Positions 1-11,759 of a stretch of DNA of 21,502 nt are shown in pieces. The notes below the pieces were generated by a model that did no database searches, was not told the DNA's origin, and worked only from the letters and a program-made list of their open reading frames with translations. A program made the position numbers and the translations under genes. The number at the start of each line of letters is the position of its first letter. Position 1 is the first letter of the stretch. The stretch is from NCBI GenBank assembly GCA_024626585.2, contig JANKJI020000002.1, forward strand, positions 270,006,979 to 270,028,480. The letters are read 5' to 3'. Source of the DNA: Ginkgo biloba (taxonomy: Eukaryota > Plantae > Ginkgophyta).

Positions 1-853
1 ACCACTATGAAGATGGAAGCTGATAATTATCCTTCTTCATTAGATCTTACTCGAATCAAACTCGAGGCCCTTCCACCTAGTATTCAAAAGTAGACCTAGA
101 GATCGATGCAAATGTACCTTTCTTTTGTCATAGAATTTCTAGAAGTTGGTTAAGTTTCTAAAGTTGATGCCAATTTATATATGAATAAATGACCCCAAGA
201 TGACTTCGAAGTCAATCCTCACTTCTGCAATATCTCTAAAGGTCGTACTTACCTCATCATGCACTAAAATGGAAAAAAAAAAAAAAAATCCTTTTTTTTG
301 ACACAAAAACTTTCGAATATGACTTACAACTATGTAAGAACAAGAATATGAATGAACACATTTAAATATTATTAAAAAGATTTCAAGGAAACAATAGGGA
401 GACCAAAAACTAACAACCTACAATAGTGAATAGCCAACAAAGCAATTCTTACTTTCAACTGATTGGAAAATGGGGCTACGAAGGTCCCTTTCCATGATCA
501 ACATGCTTATAGGACATATCTTTCGAGAGTGGAAACCATAAAAAATCCAAACTTCTCTATATAAACAGTTCAATCTTCAAGAGCAAGGCATCATCAATTT
601 GGAATTAGTTATGATATAGGGGGCCAATTATAAACAAAATCTTTATTTGGTCAACCCACTCATAAATGTAATTCAACCCACTACATAAAAGATATCTTAG
701 TGAATATTTGGAGACACAAGAGCAATGAGGTTCTTTTTCAAGGTTAATAATTAAATGATGCATCAGAAGCCCTTTGCCAACTTCCTAAATTAGTGCCATC
801 ATCCACAAGAGCATAAATTATGCATCTTATATGAACTAGCCTTAATTAATTAG

Positions 854-980
854 CCTTCATCTTTAACTTCAATTGAGAATGCTTTCTAGCTTATCATGCA
901 ACATACAAAATTAAGGATATTTTACCTTCATCTTGAACTTTGATGAAAGATGCTTTCTAACTTATCTTATCAAATACATA
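854..980. repeat. Degenerate ~71-bp tandem duplication
   Basis: ccttcatctttaactt...atgctttctagcttatc at 854 recurs as ccttcatcttgaactt...atgctttctaacttatc at 925. Confidence 0.6.
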
Positions 981-1490
981 AGTGCAATCAATAGTGCATC
1001 TTCTTCTTTAGGTCATTTTGAATTTGTATACTTGTGAATACTTGTCCAATATGTAATAGAAATATTAAAAAACATGTCTTTAAGTTTTTTATTTTTGATT
1101 TTTTTATTGAAACAAGATAGTGCTCCCAATATAGTGACATTCAACACGTGGAGCTTAAATATGTACCCCCAAAACTTGAAACTTGGGTTCCGATTGTGAA
1201 AGCATTGACTATTTATCCACTCAAACCACTCTTGACGCAAAAAACAAGTCTGAATTAAGACAAATCTTATTAGTAATGCTCAGAGATTTTGAAGGTGTTT
1301 TGTAATTTATTGATCTCAAGAATTTTGATCAACCTAATGGGTGGCTAGTATGCAACCCAAAAATGCAAGGATACATAGTTGTAGAAGTCTCCCCCACCAA
1401 GGTTCAAATTTGAAGACTTCAATGCCCTTCAGAGGCCATTTTACTCAATCATAAAAAGGTTCAAAGTTATTTCTCCTTCAAATGAAAAGA

Positions 1491-2358
1491 CAAAACAAAA
1501 TTTTCCTTGTCAAATGAAGAGNNNNNNNNNNNNNNNNNNNNNNNNNNNNNNNNNNNNNNNNNNNNNNNNNNNNNNNNNNNNNNNNNNNNNNNNNNNNNNN
1601 NNNNNNNNNNNNNNNNNNNNNTTCCTTACAACATCTATTTTGTGCTCACAGACACACTTCTAACACTTCCATGGGTGGCATTTAAGGAGTACTTTTAACA
1701 TCATTGCCATTTGGAATAACAAAATTGGCCCAACAACCTACGTAACTAAATTTGAGATTGTTGTCTAAGCAACTGCATATGATGATGGTTATTTGTATAT
1801 TTAAATACATAGTCTTCTTTATTACCAGCGCATAAAGCTTTTGTACATGTGCAAACTTGACTTAATATATGACCATAATGAATGCATGATAAGAATAGAT
1901 CAAGCTTAGTTTTGCTACGTACCTGAATTTCAACAATACCCTAGTGTTCAAAGTACTAGAATGTGCATTTGATACACATCATATATATTCATGATCTACA
2001 TAGTATCTCACACACACATCCTGCGCTGTGAGAATATTTAAGGAAAATTTGAAAGACATAAATTACAGCTGTGTTTCGTATGAAGCCACATAGAACAAGC
2101 TTTAACAATAACCTCAACTTTCCCCCAACCAATATTGAACAGATTTCACGCAATAACTCATCATAAAAGTACAAGCTCACATGGCTTATGTGAACTTCTA
2201 CACGCATCCCAAGCATGGATCAGGATATACTCCATCATTCAAATCAAAGGGTTGCATCACTTATTGCACAACAGACAACACGTTTCCCAAGAATCTTCTT
2301 ATTACGATAAAAGCATGATCATAAATTCAAAACAAAATTTTCCTTGTCAAATGAAGAG
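1491..2358 (+). repeat. Exact 31-bp direct repeat (1491-1521 and 2328-2358)
   Basis: caaaacaaaattttccttgtcaaatgaagag occurs twice. The first copy ends exactly at a 100-N gap. Confidence 0.8.
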
Positions 2359-3142
2359 CATCGTAAGAATAATTTTTCAAGTTTATGACTGACTTATTCA
2401 TTTCTAATAGAGATTCAAGGAGAGTATTATTCTTAATATTTCATTTAACAAATTTTAATACAAATAGNNNNNNNNNNNNNNNNNNNNNNNNNNNNNNNNN
2501 NNNNNNNNNNNNNNNNNNNNNNNNNNNNNNNNNNNNNNNNNNNNNNNNNNNNNNNNNNNNNNNNNNNNNNNAAAAAATAGACATTATTTTTTATATGCCC
2601 ACAAAAAACACTAGATGCGTGGATGATAATGTAAAGAACATCCATGCTTATCTAGTATGTTACTCTATTATCAACTCTATGAGTGTGACACCCATATTGT
2701 CAAAGAAAGATCATATATATGACATGAGAGTAGGCATCTTATAGTTGACGAAAGACCAATAGTATGACCCATGTAACTTGGTTAAATAACTACTTGGAAA
2801 AATATGGAACTGTACTACACACCCATACAATTCCACATAATACACATCACATCAAGAAATTTTGTGGTTGCACTGAAAGGTTTATAAGATCGCTCTAAAA
2901 GGTTCAACATTGACAAAATCAACAACTAAGGATTACCTATACTTCGAAATACGACTAGACTCAACAATTAGTCAATATAAATAAAATTTTCAATACTTCC
3001 TCCCTTGTGCAACCAACTCTTACAAGGACAGATTTGGTGGTTCTCATGTCAAGTATAAAATGTGCAACTCATGTGGTCATTTCCCCACATTTGAAATGGA
3101 TAACTACCAAAAATGGTAGTTGAAAATCCAACCCTTCGATAT

Positions 3143-3218
3143 TACCAAAGTGCTGCTTCAAACATAAAGAGAAAAATAAATACCAAAGTGGTGCTTCAAA
3201 CATAAAGGGAAAAATAAA
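3143..3218. repeat. 38-bp tandem duplication (2 copies, 2 mismatches)
   Basis: taccaaagtg(c/g)tgcttcaaacataaag(a/g)gaaaaataaa x2. Confidence 0.9.
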
Positions 3219-4108
3219 ACATCACATTATTTAAAGAATCCAAAAGCACTACTCTATCCAATACATTTGTGTTCCAATGAATATTTCATTCACTATTCCA
3301 ATGTAAGGCCTCTCATATGTCCAAATAACTTTATCTTATCCTAAGCATAGCCATAAAACCCACCCATGTGATCACCCTCCCTAAGGACATAAGTTTTTTC
3401 AACTATATTCGAGTGTGACCCCACTACAAAACNNNNNNNNNNTCTCTCTCTCTCTCGACCAACCGCTACCTTACCCTAAGACACAACCCTATTCCAAGCT
3501 CTTTCACTACATAAATGGAATATTCTACATCCACCTATGTGGTGGCATATATCTATGCATGAACTTTTTGTTGAGAGTCATGTACAAACAAGGGTGGAAC
3601 TCTAGAATTGTTGCAATTCCACTAGTGAAATTGCAACAAAAAGCAAAGTGTTTGTTGCTAAGCTTTGAGAAGCCAAAACCAAGACATTACAACACCCCAT
3701 CTTACCATTCCCATGTGGTGCATCCCCAATTAAAGTGCTTGAACTCAAAACACTTTTATGTTGTATTTCTACTAACATTGACAATTTTGCTTGTGCTTGC
3801 CATTCAATGAAATTACATGAAGCCCAATGCGCATCGATGGGTAACATTATGCGTGCATAGACACAATCCACATACGTTTTCGAAATATTCTTTAATTAGG
3901 GGGCCTTGGTGGTTGATGTTGATGATGGCATACAATACGACTAACCCATTTCGACNNNNNNNNNNNNNNNNNNNNNNNNNNNNNNNNNNNNNNNNNNNNN
4001 NNNNNNNNNNNNNNNNNNNNNNNNNNNNNNNNNNNNNNNNNNNNNNNNNNNNNNNGAGTGAATAGTGTCAATTAAAGGACAATTTGACACTAAACTTCAA
4101 AAATATGA

Positions 4109-4134
4109 ACTTTTTCGTCAATTGACGAAAAAGT
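4109..4134. repeat. Perfect 26-bp palindrome
   Basis: actttttcgtcaa|ttgacgaaaaagt is self-reverse-complementary. A second inverted repeat (tagtgtcaa...ttgacacta) lies at 4063-4092. Confidence 0.9.
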
Positions 4135-4608
4135 GAACTAACGGAAAATTTTTAAATCATCTGACAGAAGGTTTTCACAAAAAGACATGGAAAAATTAAT
4201 AACCTAAAACCTTTAGAAAAAATTCGAATATATATTTTTTTTAAATGAATGGCTGCTACGTCTGAATTTTTTTTTCCGGCATTTCATTCATTGCACTGCT
4301 CTTCTCATACCAATCACACGACAGACATGTTTTGCAACAGATATCACATCGATGTGAATGTTGATTTGTGATGGTTTGTAATTCCATTAATCTAAGAGTT
4401 CATCTCAAAGATTGAGCAAACAACACTACACAGCACCGGATTTATACAACACGGTTAAAACATTAATTTTCGGAAAAAAATAATTTCTCTATTGTTATTT
4501 TTATATTTGAGGGCAAAATATTTACTCACATTTATCAGGATCTGAATCAAAAGAAGATGTGGATTTTATCACTTCAAAATAATCTTGCATGTTACCCTTT
4601 GAACCGTG

Positions 4609-4700
4609 ATTAAGCCAGTGAAATTCCTTATAAGTTTTAAATGTTGCCCAACATATTAAGTCAGTGAAATTCCTTATAACATTTTAATGTTGCCCAACAT
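4609..4700. repeat. 46-bp tandem duplication downstream of the GATA stop codon
   Basis: attaag(c/t)cagtgaaattccttataa...aatgttgcccaacat x2 (4609-4654, 4655-4700). Confidence 0.88.
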
Positions 4701-4978
4701 TTATGGTATTAATTTCATGTCTGCATCTTAAAATTAAGAGAATCAATCAGACTCAAATCGATACCGAGAATCAAAATATCTGTATCAGAACTCGACAGGT
4801 ATGAAAAGTATTAGCAATACATCTTTGAAAGCATTATTTTTCATATCGTCTCAACAGCAGCTACAACCCATAATTTATATCTTATTACCCTTTACAAAAT
4901 GGGTGCCTTTCTTTCCAAATTGCGGAAGATGGCATATACACATTAGATATATACAATAACATATTTAACTAATCTGAT

Positions 4979-5932
4979 TTAAGCATTCACAACCCCGCAA
5001 GACAAAGCCATCAAAAGCACCGCTCCCTCTTCCTCGTCCTTGGCAAAAGATCTGCGCATCATCATCATGGCTGCGGTGCTCATTTTCCCACAGCAACTCA
5101 TCTCAGGACAAGCAACGTTTCCAGCAGCCGCATTCGAAAATTCGCGGCTACGAGCAGAATGAGATTCGGCCGAATTAAACAGATAAAAGCTTTCTTCCAA
5201 GCGCCGATCTGTTTGACGATTACCTGACGAAGCGTTGCTCTTCTTGCGAGAAGGGTTAGCAACGGTTGAATTCTGTAAGAGATCGGTGTCTTGTTTCCGT
5301 TTGCTGATTTTTGTCATCTGCTTAACGGAAGGAGACACCGAGGACTTTGCAACCGCAGCCGCAGACGGTTTCTGCTGGTCGGCGCTGTTGCCTCCACACC
5401 GTTTTCCGATCTTCTTGTAACGAATTCCGCAGGCATTGCACAGCGACTGCACGAAAAAATCGAAAAGAAAAACAAATCTCAGAACCAAAAAAAAACTGAA
5501 AAATAAATAACGGACAACAGAAAACAAGATCTGATATACCTTTGGCCCATGGGGACCATTTCTCCACAGAGGAGTTTTCTCAGTCTTACAATCTGCACAC
5601 ATTCTGGTAACATTTCCATCCAAAACTTCGGCATCCACCTTCTTATCGTCTGCAATATGGACAAATCTCTGCACTTTTTTCGGTTTATGAGATTCGTCCC
5701 TTGGTTCTGTTCTCGCCAACTGCATGCCGAGTGCCAGAGCGCAGTCAAGCTCGCTTCCCTTGTAGGTTATTTTTAGCTTGGAAGGCTTATCCTCCATGGA
5801 TCTCACACTGGGAAGCCTCGATTTACTGTTACTGCCTTTTAACTCCAACGGTGAACAGTTCACGTCATTTAAAGCTCTGCTAATCCTCTGTAAAAACCCT
5901 TCAGATTGAGGCCTCTCATCCTCAGATTTCAT
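4979..5932 (-). CDS. Class-B (LLM-domain) GATA zinc-finger transcription factor, GNC/CGA1/GATA15-17-like family; exons 5932-5540 and 5446-4979, about 286 aa; N-terminus uncertain
   Basis: Removing the 93-nt intron gives [32 protein letters not shown], the plant GATA finger C-X2-C-X18-C-X2-C followed by a basic region. The C-terminus [14 protein letters not shown] is the LLM motif. GC and CpG content are higher than in the flanks. An in-frame TAA lies 8 codons upstream of the ATG at 5932. Confidence 0.93.
   Translation of the reverse strand: [317 protein letters not shown]
5447..5539 (-). other. GT-AG intron (93 nt, phase 0) inside the GATA zinc finger
   Basis: Donor AAG|GTATAT at 5539, U-rich body, acceptor TTCGTGCAG|TCG at 5447. 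The position (GPK|SLCNAC) is a commonly conserved intron site in plant GATA genes. Confidence 0.92.
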
Positions 5933-6379
5933 CTTTTTCAGCCAATTTTTTTTTTAATGGCTGTGTCCATATACAGGCGTGCTATTCAACATTCTATTTT
6001 GGAAAATTTATTTTTCTGATTAGATACTAAATCTTTTTGCATCAATTTACAAATATTCGGCCATGGAGCATGGATTTGCATTCTCTGACAGCGTATAATA
6101 CTAATATTATGTAAATTGCCACAATTCTATGAATTTCATAGAAAAATCATGGAACTCAAAGATAAAAGAGAAGAAAACACAGAAAAGACTGTTTTTCCAT
6201 CGCCTTCCCCTGCTTCCAGGGTTTGTACCGACTCTGCCTCCTTTGCCTTTGCTTCATTCTCTTTCATCATTTTCTATCANNNNNNNNNNNNNNNNNNNNN
6301 NNNNNNNNNNNNNNNNNNNNNNNNNNNNNNNNNNNNNNNNNNNNNNNNNNNNNNNNNNNNNNNNNNNNNNNNNNNNNNN

Positions 6380-6545
6380 AATGTGATCTTATTATTTTCT
6401 TTCTAATTTATTTTAATATTTTATTAGCATTGCTTCTCTTGTACCATTTTATCAAATTTTCTTCTGGTGTCGGCTCCCCAAAAGTGTGATAAAACCAAAA
6501 TTTGGTGATGCTCCCTTGGTGCAAAACTTACATGATCCCCTACTC
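6380..6545 (-). mobile_element. Remnant of the 3' LTR (start at about 6535) plus polypurine tract (6536-6545) of a CRM-like gypsy element
   Basis: Minus strand reads GAGTAGGGGA|TCATGTAAG, i.e. a PPT plus a degenerate TGATG LTR start. 6467-6514 (gtgtcggctccccaaaagtgtgataaaaccaaaatttggtgatgctcc) matches 15325-15372 at the end of the LTR at 14411-15379. The rest is lost in or beyond the 100-N gap. Confidence 0.65.
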
Positions 6546-9500
6546 ATGTTGCTCCTTAAAATCCTTCCATTTATTTCCATCTAACTTTTTGATCTCCTCC
6601 TCTATGATCTAAGTGTTATCCTCCTATAGGAACCCTTTCCATCTCACAAAAAACCTATTATAGCAGCCCCCTCTCATCACTACCACCTTATGGTCCAACA
6701 CTTCACTGATGTCTTCATTCTTCTTCCTCAACACATGATGTCACCAATCACTTAATTTCTCTTATGGTTCTTCATATTTTCCTTGATACTCATACAAGTT
6801 GGTGATATTGAATACTGGGGAAATATCATAATATGTCGGTAGGTCCACCTTATAAGCATTCTCATTTATCTTCCTGATAATCTAACATGGTCAAATCTTC
6901 TTATACTTCATCTTATTGTATGTCCCTATTAAAAATTTATCCTTTCTTATATATACCATGAATAATATATGACCTTAAACTCCTTATTTAGTGGTGTTTA
7001 TCTTTTATCATTTTATATTTATCATTCCTTCTCATGAGTTTCTACTTCACCTCTTTGTGTACCTACTTTATGTACTCTACCAATGCCTCGATGTTGTCAT
7101 TGACCCATAGATAACTTGAAAGATCCACTAAGACCACCACTGTATTTGGAGCCTCCTATACATAAGATAAAATGGTGAAAAATATTTTGATCTATTCCCT
7201 AAACCATTGTATATAGAATCTTCTTATGTTAACATTGAATCCCACTGCTTAGGTTTTCTCCCTACCAAGATTCACAATAAATTTTCCAATGAACAATTTA
7301 CCACTTTCATTTTTATTTTTTTTTGTAGATGATATGAATTGTTATACTACAACTTGGTTTCCAAATTCTACCATAGTGTCTACTAAAAATGGCTTAATAA
7401 ATTTATGTCTCTGTCAGAGGTGATTCTCCTCAATAATCCATGGACTTTCACCATTTCCCCAAAACTAATTTACCTATCTTTATCATGTCATTCATATTCT
7501 AATATAGGATGAAGTGCACCATCTTCAAGAATTGATCTACTATGATAAATATGAAATTAATTCCCCTATGAGTGAAAGGTAATCCTAATATAAAATAAAT
7601 AAAATCCACAGTGATATCACTCCAAGGCCTTTTAGAACTAGCAATGGTTTGTACAACCCTATATTTTGTATTTTCCCCTTTGATATATAGAAAATCCTAT
7701 ACCTCTCTACAAATATTCTTACTTGTATTTTTCAATCCTACCCNNNNNNNNNNNNNNNNNNNNNNNCCAAAATTATCTCTCTTCCACTATGGAAATTCTC
7801 TTATCCCTATTTAAATGGCCTCCTAAACCACCACTATGAACCTCACAGATGATGTTCTCCCTCATGGAGTTATCTATTATGATTATTTTTTGGCCCTTGA
7901 ATAAGTAACTATCTTGTAGTAAATAATCCCCATAAGGTTCTCCATTGATATTTGTCCTAAGAAACTCCATCACTTGGAAAAAACCCTCATCTAAGCTATA
8001 CATGTCCTTTATCAACTCAAACCATATGACCCCATTGATCATTATGATAAGATTCCATCCTATGACTTAAATCATAAACCACCTAATTCATTTTTCTAAA
8101 TATGTGCTTCAAAGAAAAGGAATATGCCTATAATAATTCCACAAACTTTACATGTTGCACATTCAACTTACTCTAGGAATTTAGGAACTTCAATGCTTGG
8201 ATGTTGGTGTACAATCAAAAATCCTGTAGAAATAAATAATATTTCCAAAATCTTAAGGATTATAACATGGTATAAAATTCCAATTCATATTCCAAGTATC
8301 TCTATCAACTATCATTCCACTTTTCAATATAAAATATTGTCGGTCTCCCCTCTTTTTCTTGAGCACTACTCCAATTCCTATCCTTGATGCATCACATTCT
8401 ACTTCAAAGACTTTGTTGAAGTTTAGTAATGCCAAAATAATCCCTTCTATCACCTTCTTCTTCAATGGTTCAAAACCATGCTACATAGCTATATTTCATT
8501 GAAATTTTTGACCCTTGATGTAATTTTTCACTAGGGATGGATTAGTGTTAAAGTTCCTTATGAACTTGTGATAAAAACTGGCTAGCCCATAGAATTTTCT
8601 CACTATGGTGATATTTGTCAATGTCATCTACTCTAATATTTCCTTGAACTTTTTTTAATCCATATTTAACCCTTCTTGTGAGATGAAAAATCCCAAATAC
8701 ACCACACTGCTATAAAAGAATCTATACTTATTCAAGTTTACAAATAGGTTCTCATTTTTTAGAATGTTAAACACTTGTTATAGGTGCTCCAAATTCTCTC
8801 AGAATTATCTTATAAAAACTATAATGTCATATAAATACATAATATTGTATTTAATTATTAGTGGTCTTAAGAATGAATTCAACAGTCACATAAATGTGCT
8901 TGGTACATTCAATAACCTGAATGGCATGACCCTCCATTTGTACATTTCATCACTCATCTTGAAATTTGTATTCCACTCATCACCTTTCCTAATTCTAATT
9001 TGTTATAGCTACTCCTCAGATCCACCTTTCATAAATATGTTGCTCTTACCAAGTAATCCATCATATCATCCATACATGGTATAGGAGATCTATATTTGAT
9101 TTTGATTTTATAAATGGTTCTATAATCCATGCACATGTTCTAATTACCATCCTTATTTAGTGTCAATAAGGATGGTATAATTTATAAAATCAATCTCTCT
9201 TGAATGAATACTTTTTCTAATAACTACTCCACTTCTCAATTCATCTCCTCATTCTCCTGTGGGATCCGTTTGTAAGAAGATTGGCTTAGTAGACTAGACC
9301 CTAAAATTAGTGCAATTTGATGTGTGAGGCCTTTACTCCTCCAATGTGATATCTTTACATTCTACCAATAATCCATTGACTTCTATTAGTGTTATCTCTC
9401 GCCATCCTTCCTCCACACTCTTTTCACGAATTCAGAACATGTGATAGTGACTTGCACATTCTTTATGAACTGCTTTATTGATAGGATCACTTACATTGAC

Positions 9501-10882
9501 CTATATTCTCCTAGTGACAATAGTGTGAAATTAATTTCATATTTTTCTATGGTATATGCATTCATTTTCCCATCATATACTTCTCATTAGTCAAACTACT
9601 ATGGTAACCCCAATAACAAGTGATAAGTGTCCATCTGTATGACATTGCACCACACTTGATTATGGTAGTTTTTGATGTGGAATACTACCAGGCATCCCTA
9701 TTTAACTATGATCTCCCCTTATTTCTTGAACTAATAAATTCAGTATGGTGCCTCATATCTTTTTCAAAGAATACCCACCTTCTAGACCATTTCTTTGTCC
9801 ACCATATTTTGGCAACTGCCTTTATCGATAATAACCTTTCAACCTTTTTCTTTGGATATGAATATTTTCCTAAAAGTCCTTTTTCTTTACTCGATTTTAT
9901 TTGTTGGCTCTCATTCATCAATATACCATATCTTATTTGTGGTCAAAATATTTTCTCTATCTTCTAGCTATTATTGTTTATTTATTAGCTTACCACTACG
10001 TCCACTTATTAATTTTCTCTTGTCGATTGTTGATTGACTTCTTTATTTTCTTGTTGATATATTTTGTTCACTTGTTATTATTATCATCCTCAGGTCATTT
10101 GTCAATTCACCTTCTTCCATCTTTTGACGATCGATCAATTTTCTTTATCAGTCACTTGAATTTCTCTCTCTTGATGCCAAAAACATAATATTTTCTATTA
10201 GGCTCTCCAACTTTTGTATGACTGCATGGTCTATCTTCATTTATTACTAAACAAAATTCACTCTTGGATCCTCCCAGCTTGGTCTATCATTAACTCTTTC
10301 TAGAAATTTGAATGCTTAATGGCCTTCCTTACCATANNNNNNNNNNNNNNNNNNNNNNNNNNNNNNNNNNGAGTCCTCTGCGAACTCTTATACCTCTTAG
10401 ATAAACAAACTCATTATGACCCCTCATTCACTAAGGGTGCGATTTTCCTCTCAATTTTATTGATGGGTCATATTATTATCCCATCATTCACTCACTCTTA
10501 TAACTTATCTCTCCACTTCTATATGAATATAATTCTCCCTTTTCCATGGGTATTTTCCTTATGCTTATATATAACTTCTATTTATCCTTCAATGGTAATT
10601 TCTATTCTCCTTATATCAACTTCATATATTGGACGGAGATCTCATACTGTATAGAAAATTTTAGTCCATTCAAATATATTACCATCAAATGGTCCTCATC
10701 TTCATCCAATCCACTCCTAATGGAAACTTATAGAATTTGTGAGTGTACTCCTATACACTCTAATCTCTTTGTCTTATATTTTTAAAATTGTCGAACAATA
10801 TTTTCCCATAGTTAGCAGTAAATAATTTTCCTTTGAGATTTACTACTATCTTATTCCATGTTTGAATCTTCTCCTTACCCTT
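6546..10882 (-). mobile_element. Decayed Ty3/gypsy (chromovirus, CRM-like) gag-pol: gag-PR-RT-RNaseH-IN with many stops and frameshifts
   Basis: Manual minus-strand translation. Gag: KEKIQTWNKIVVNLKG...EYTHKFYK (about 10550-10880) and knuckle remnant GKEGH (about 10320-10335). Protease: VIIDKGSCQNMV (about 9800-9835) and VWCNVIQMDTYHLLLG. RT: [12 protein letters not shown]...[16 protein letters not shown]...YLYD (about 8825-9000). RNase H: FNKVFEVECDASRIGIGVVL (about 8360-8430). Integrase: YLLQDSYLFKG...HSGGLGGHLNRDK (about 7800-7930). The RT-RH-IN order is gypsy. Confidence 0.9.
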
Positions 10883-11182
10883 NNNNNNNNNNNNNNNNNN
10901 NNNNNNNNNNNNNNNNNNNNNNNNNNNNNNNNNNNNNNNNNNNNNNNNNNNNNNNNNNNNNNNNNNNNNNNNNNNNNNNNNNNNNNNNNNNNNNNNNNNN
11001 NNNNNNNNNNNNNNNNNNNNNNNNNNNNNNNNNNNNNNNNNNNNNNNNNNNNNNNNNNNNNNNNNNNNNNNNNNNNNNNNNNNNNNNNNNNNNNNNNNNN
11101 NNNNNNNNNNNNNNNNNNNNNNNNNNNNNNNNNNNNNNNNNNNNNNNNNNNNNNNNNNNNNNNNNNNNNNNNNNNNNNNNNN

Positions 11183-11605
11183 TTGGGCATTTATCTCTCC
11201 TAGGAGTACGTGTTATAAACTTTTGCTAGTGACATCATGGGGCCCTCGATTATGTACCTTCCTAGGTCTTTTAGACCTCCCTGATCGCACTAGGACTATA
11301 AAAAACTACTAGTACCATCCTTCTTAGATATCTTTCCCTCCTTGGCATGTGTTCTTTAATTCCTCCTTAATTGCATTATGGGTCCCCTTAAGGACTATGC
11401 CCTCCTAGGTCACTTTGAATCTTTCTGACTGCACAAGGATCGTGAAAGGATACTAGGATCATCCTTCCTAGGTCTTTGTCCCTCTCTAGCGCATGCACTT
11501 TAAGTCTTTATTAGTGGCATTATGGACCCCTCATGATTTTTCACTCTCCTTGGCCTTTTAAACCGTCCTAATAGCACAAGGACCATGCAAGAGCCACGAG
11601 GATCC
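11183..11605. repeat. Degenerate tandem repeat, ~142-bp period, about 3 copies (more may be hidden in the 300-N gap)
   Basis: Anchor catYatggRNccc at 11233, 11374 and 11518. The motifs gcac(t/a)agga and catccttc(t/c)tag also recur. Confidence 0.75.
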
Positions 11606-11759
11606 TGTTGCTTCTCTTGGGTCCTGGTCATAAAATTAATCCTTGATTGAACCTATGATATTTAGGGAGATAATCCTTAGAAAATTCCTGAGTAGGTGCT
11701 TATAAATCTCATAGATATGGTGGCATTATTATAAATGGTAGGGATTGAATGATATAAGT

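Noticed and set aside
1-3955. Decayed gene or transposase (splice-like sites at about 1737/1922; CNSCGH at about 3060-3080; ORF 3415-3810)
   Set aside because: Manual translations were stop-ridden with no recognisable domain. Probably old TE debris, but it cannot be classified without a profile search.
4109-4141. Helitron 3' end (hairpin + CTRR)
   Set aside because: The palindrome is AT-rich, only 3 nt from CTAA, and not followed by the T of the A|T target site.
5235-5883. Plus-strand and alternative-frame ORFs overlapping the GATA gene
   Set aside because: Short shadow ORFs of a GC-richer coding region, with no independent evidence.
4979-5932. Single-exon 317-aa protein as given in the ORF track
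   Set aside because: The 31-aa insert breaking the zinc finger is bounded by canonical GT/AG at a conserved intron position.
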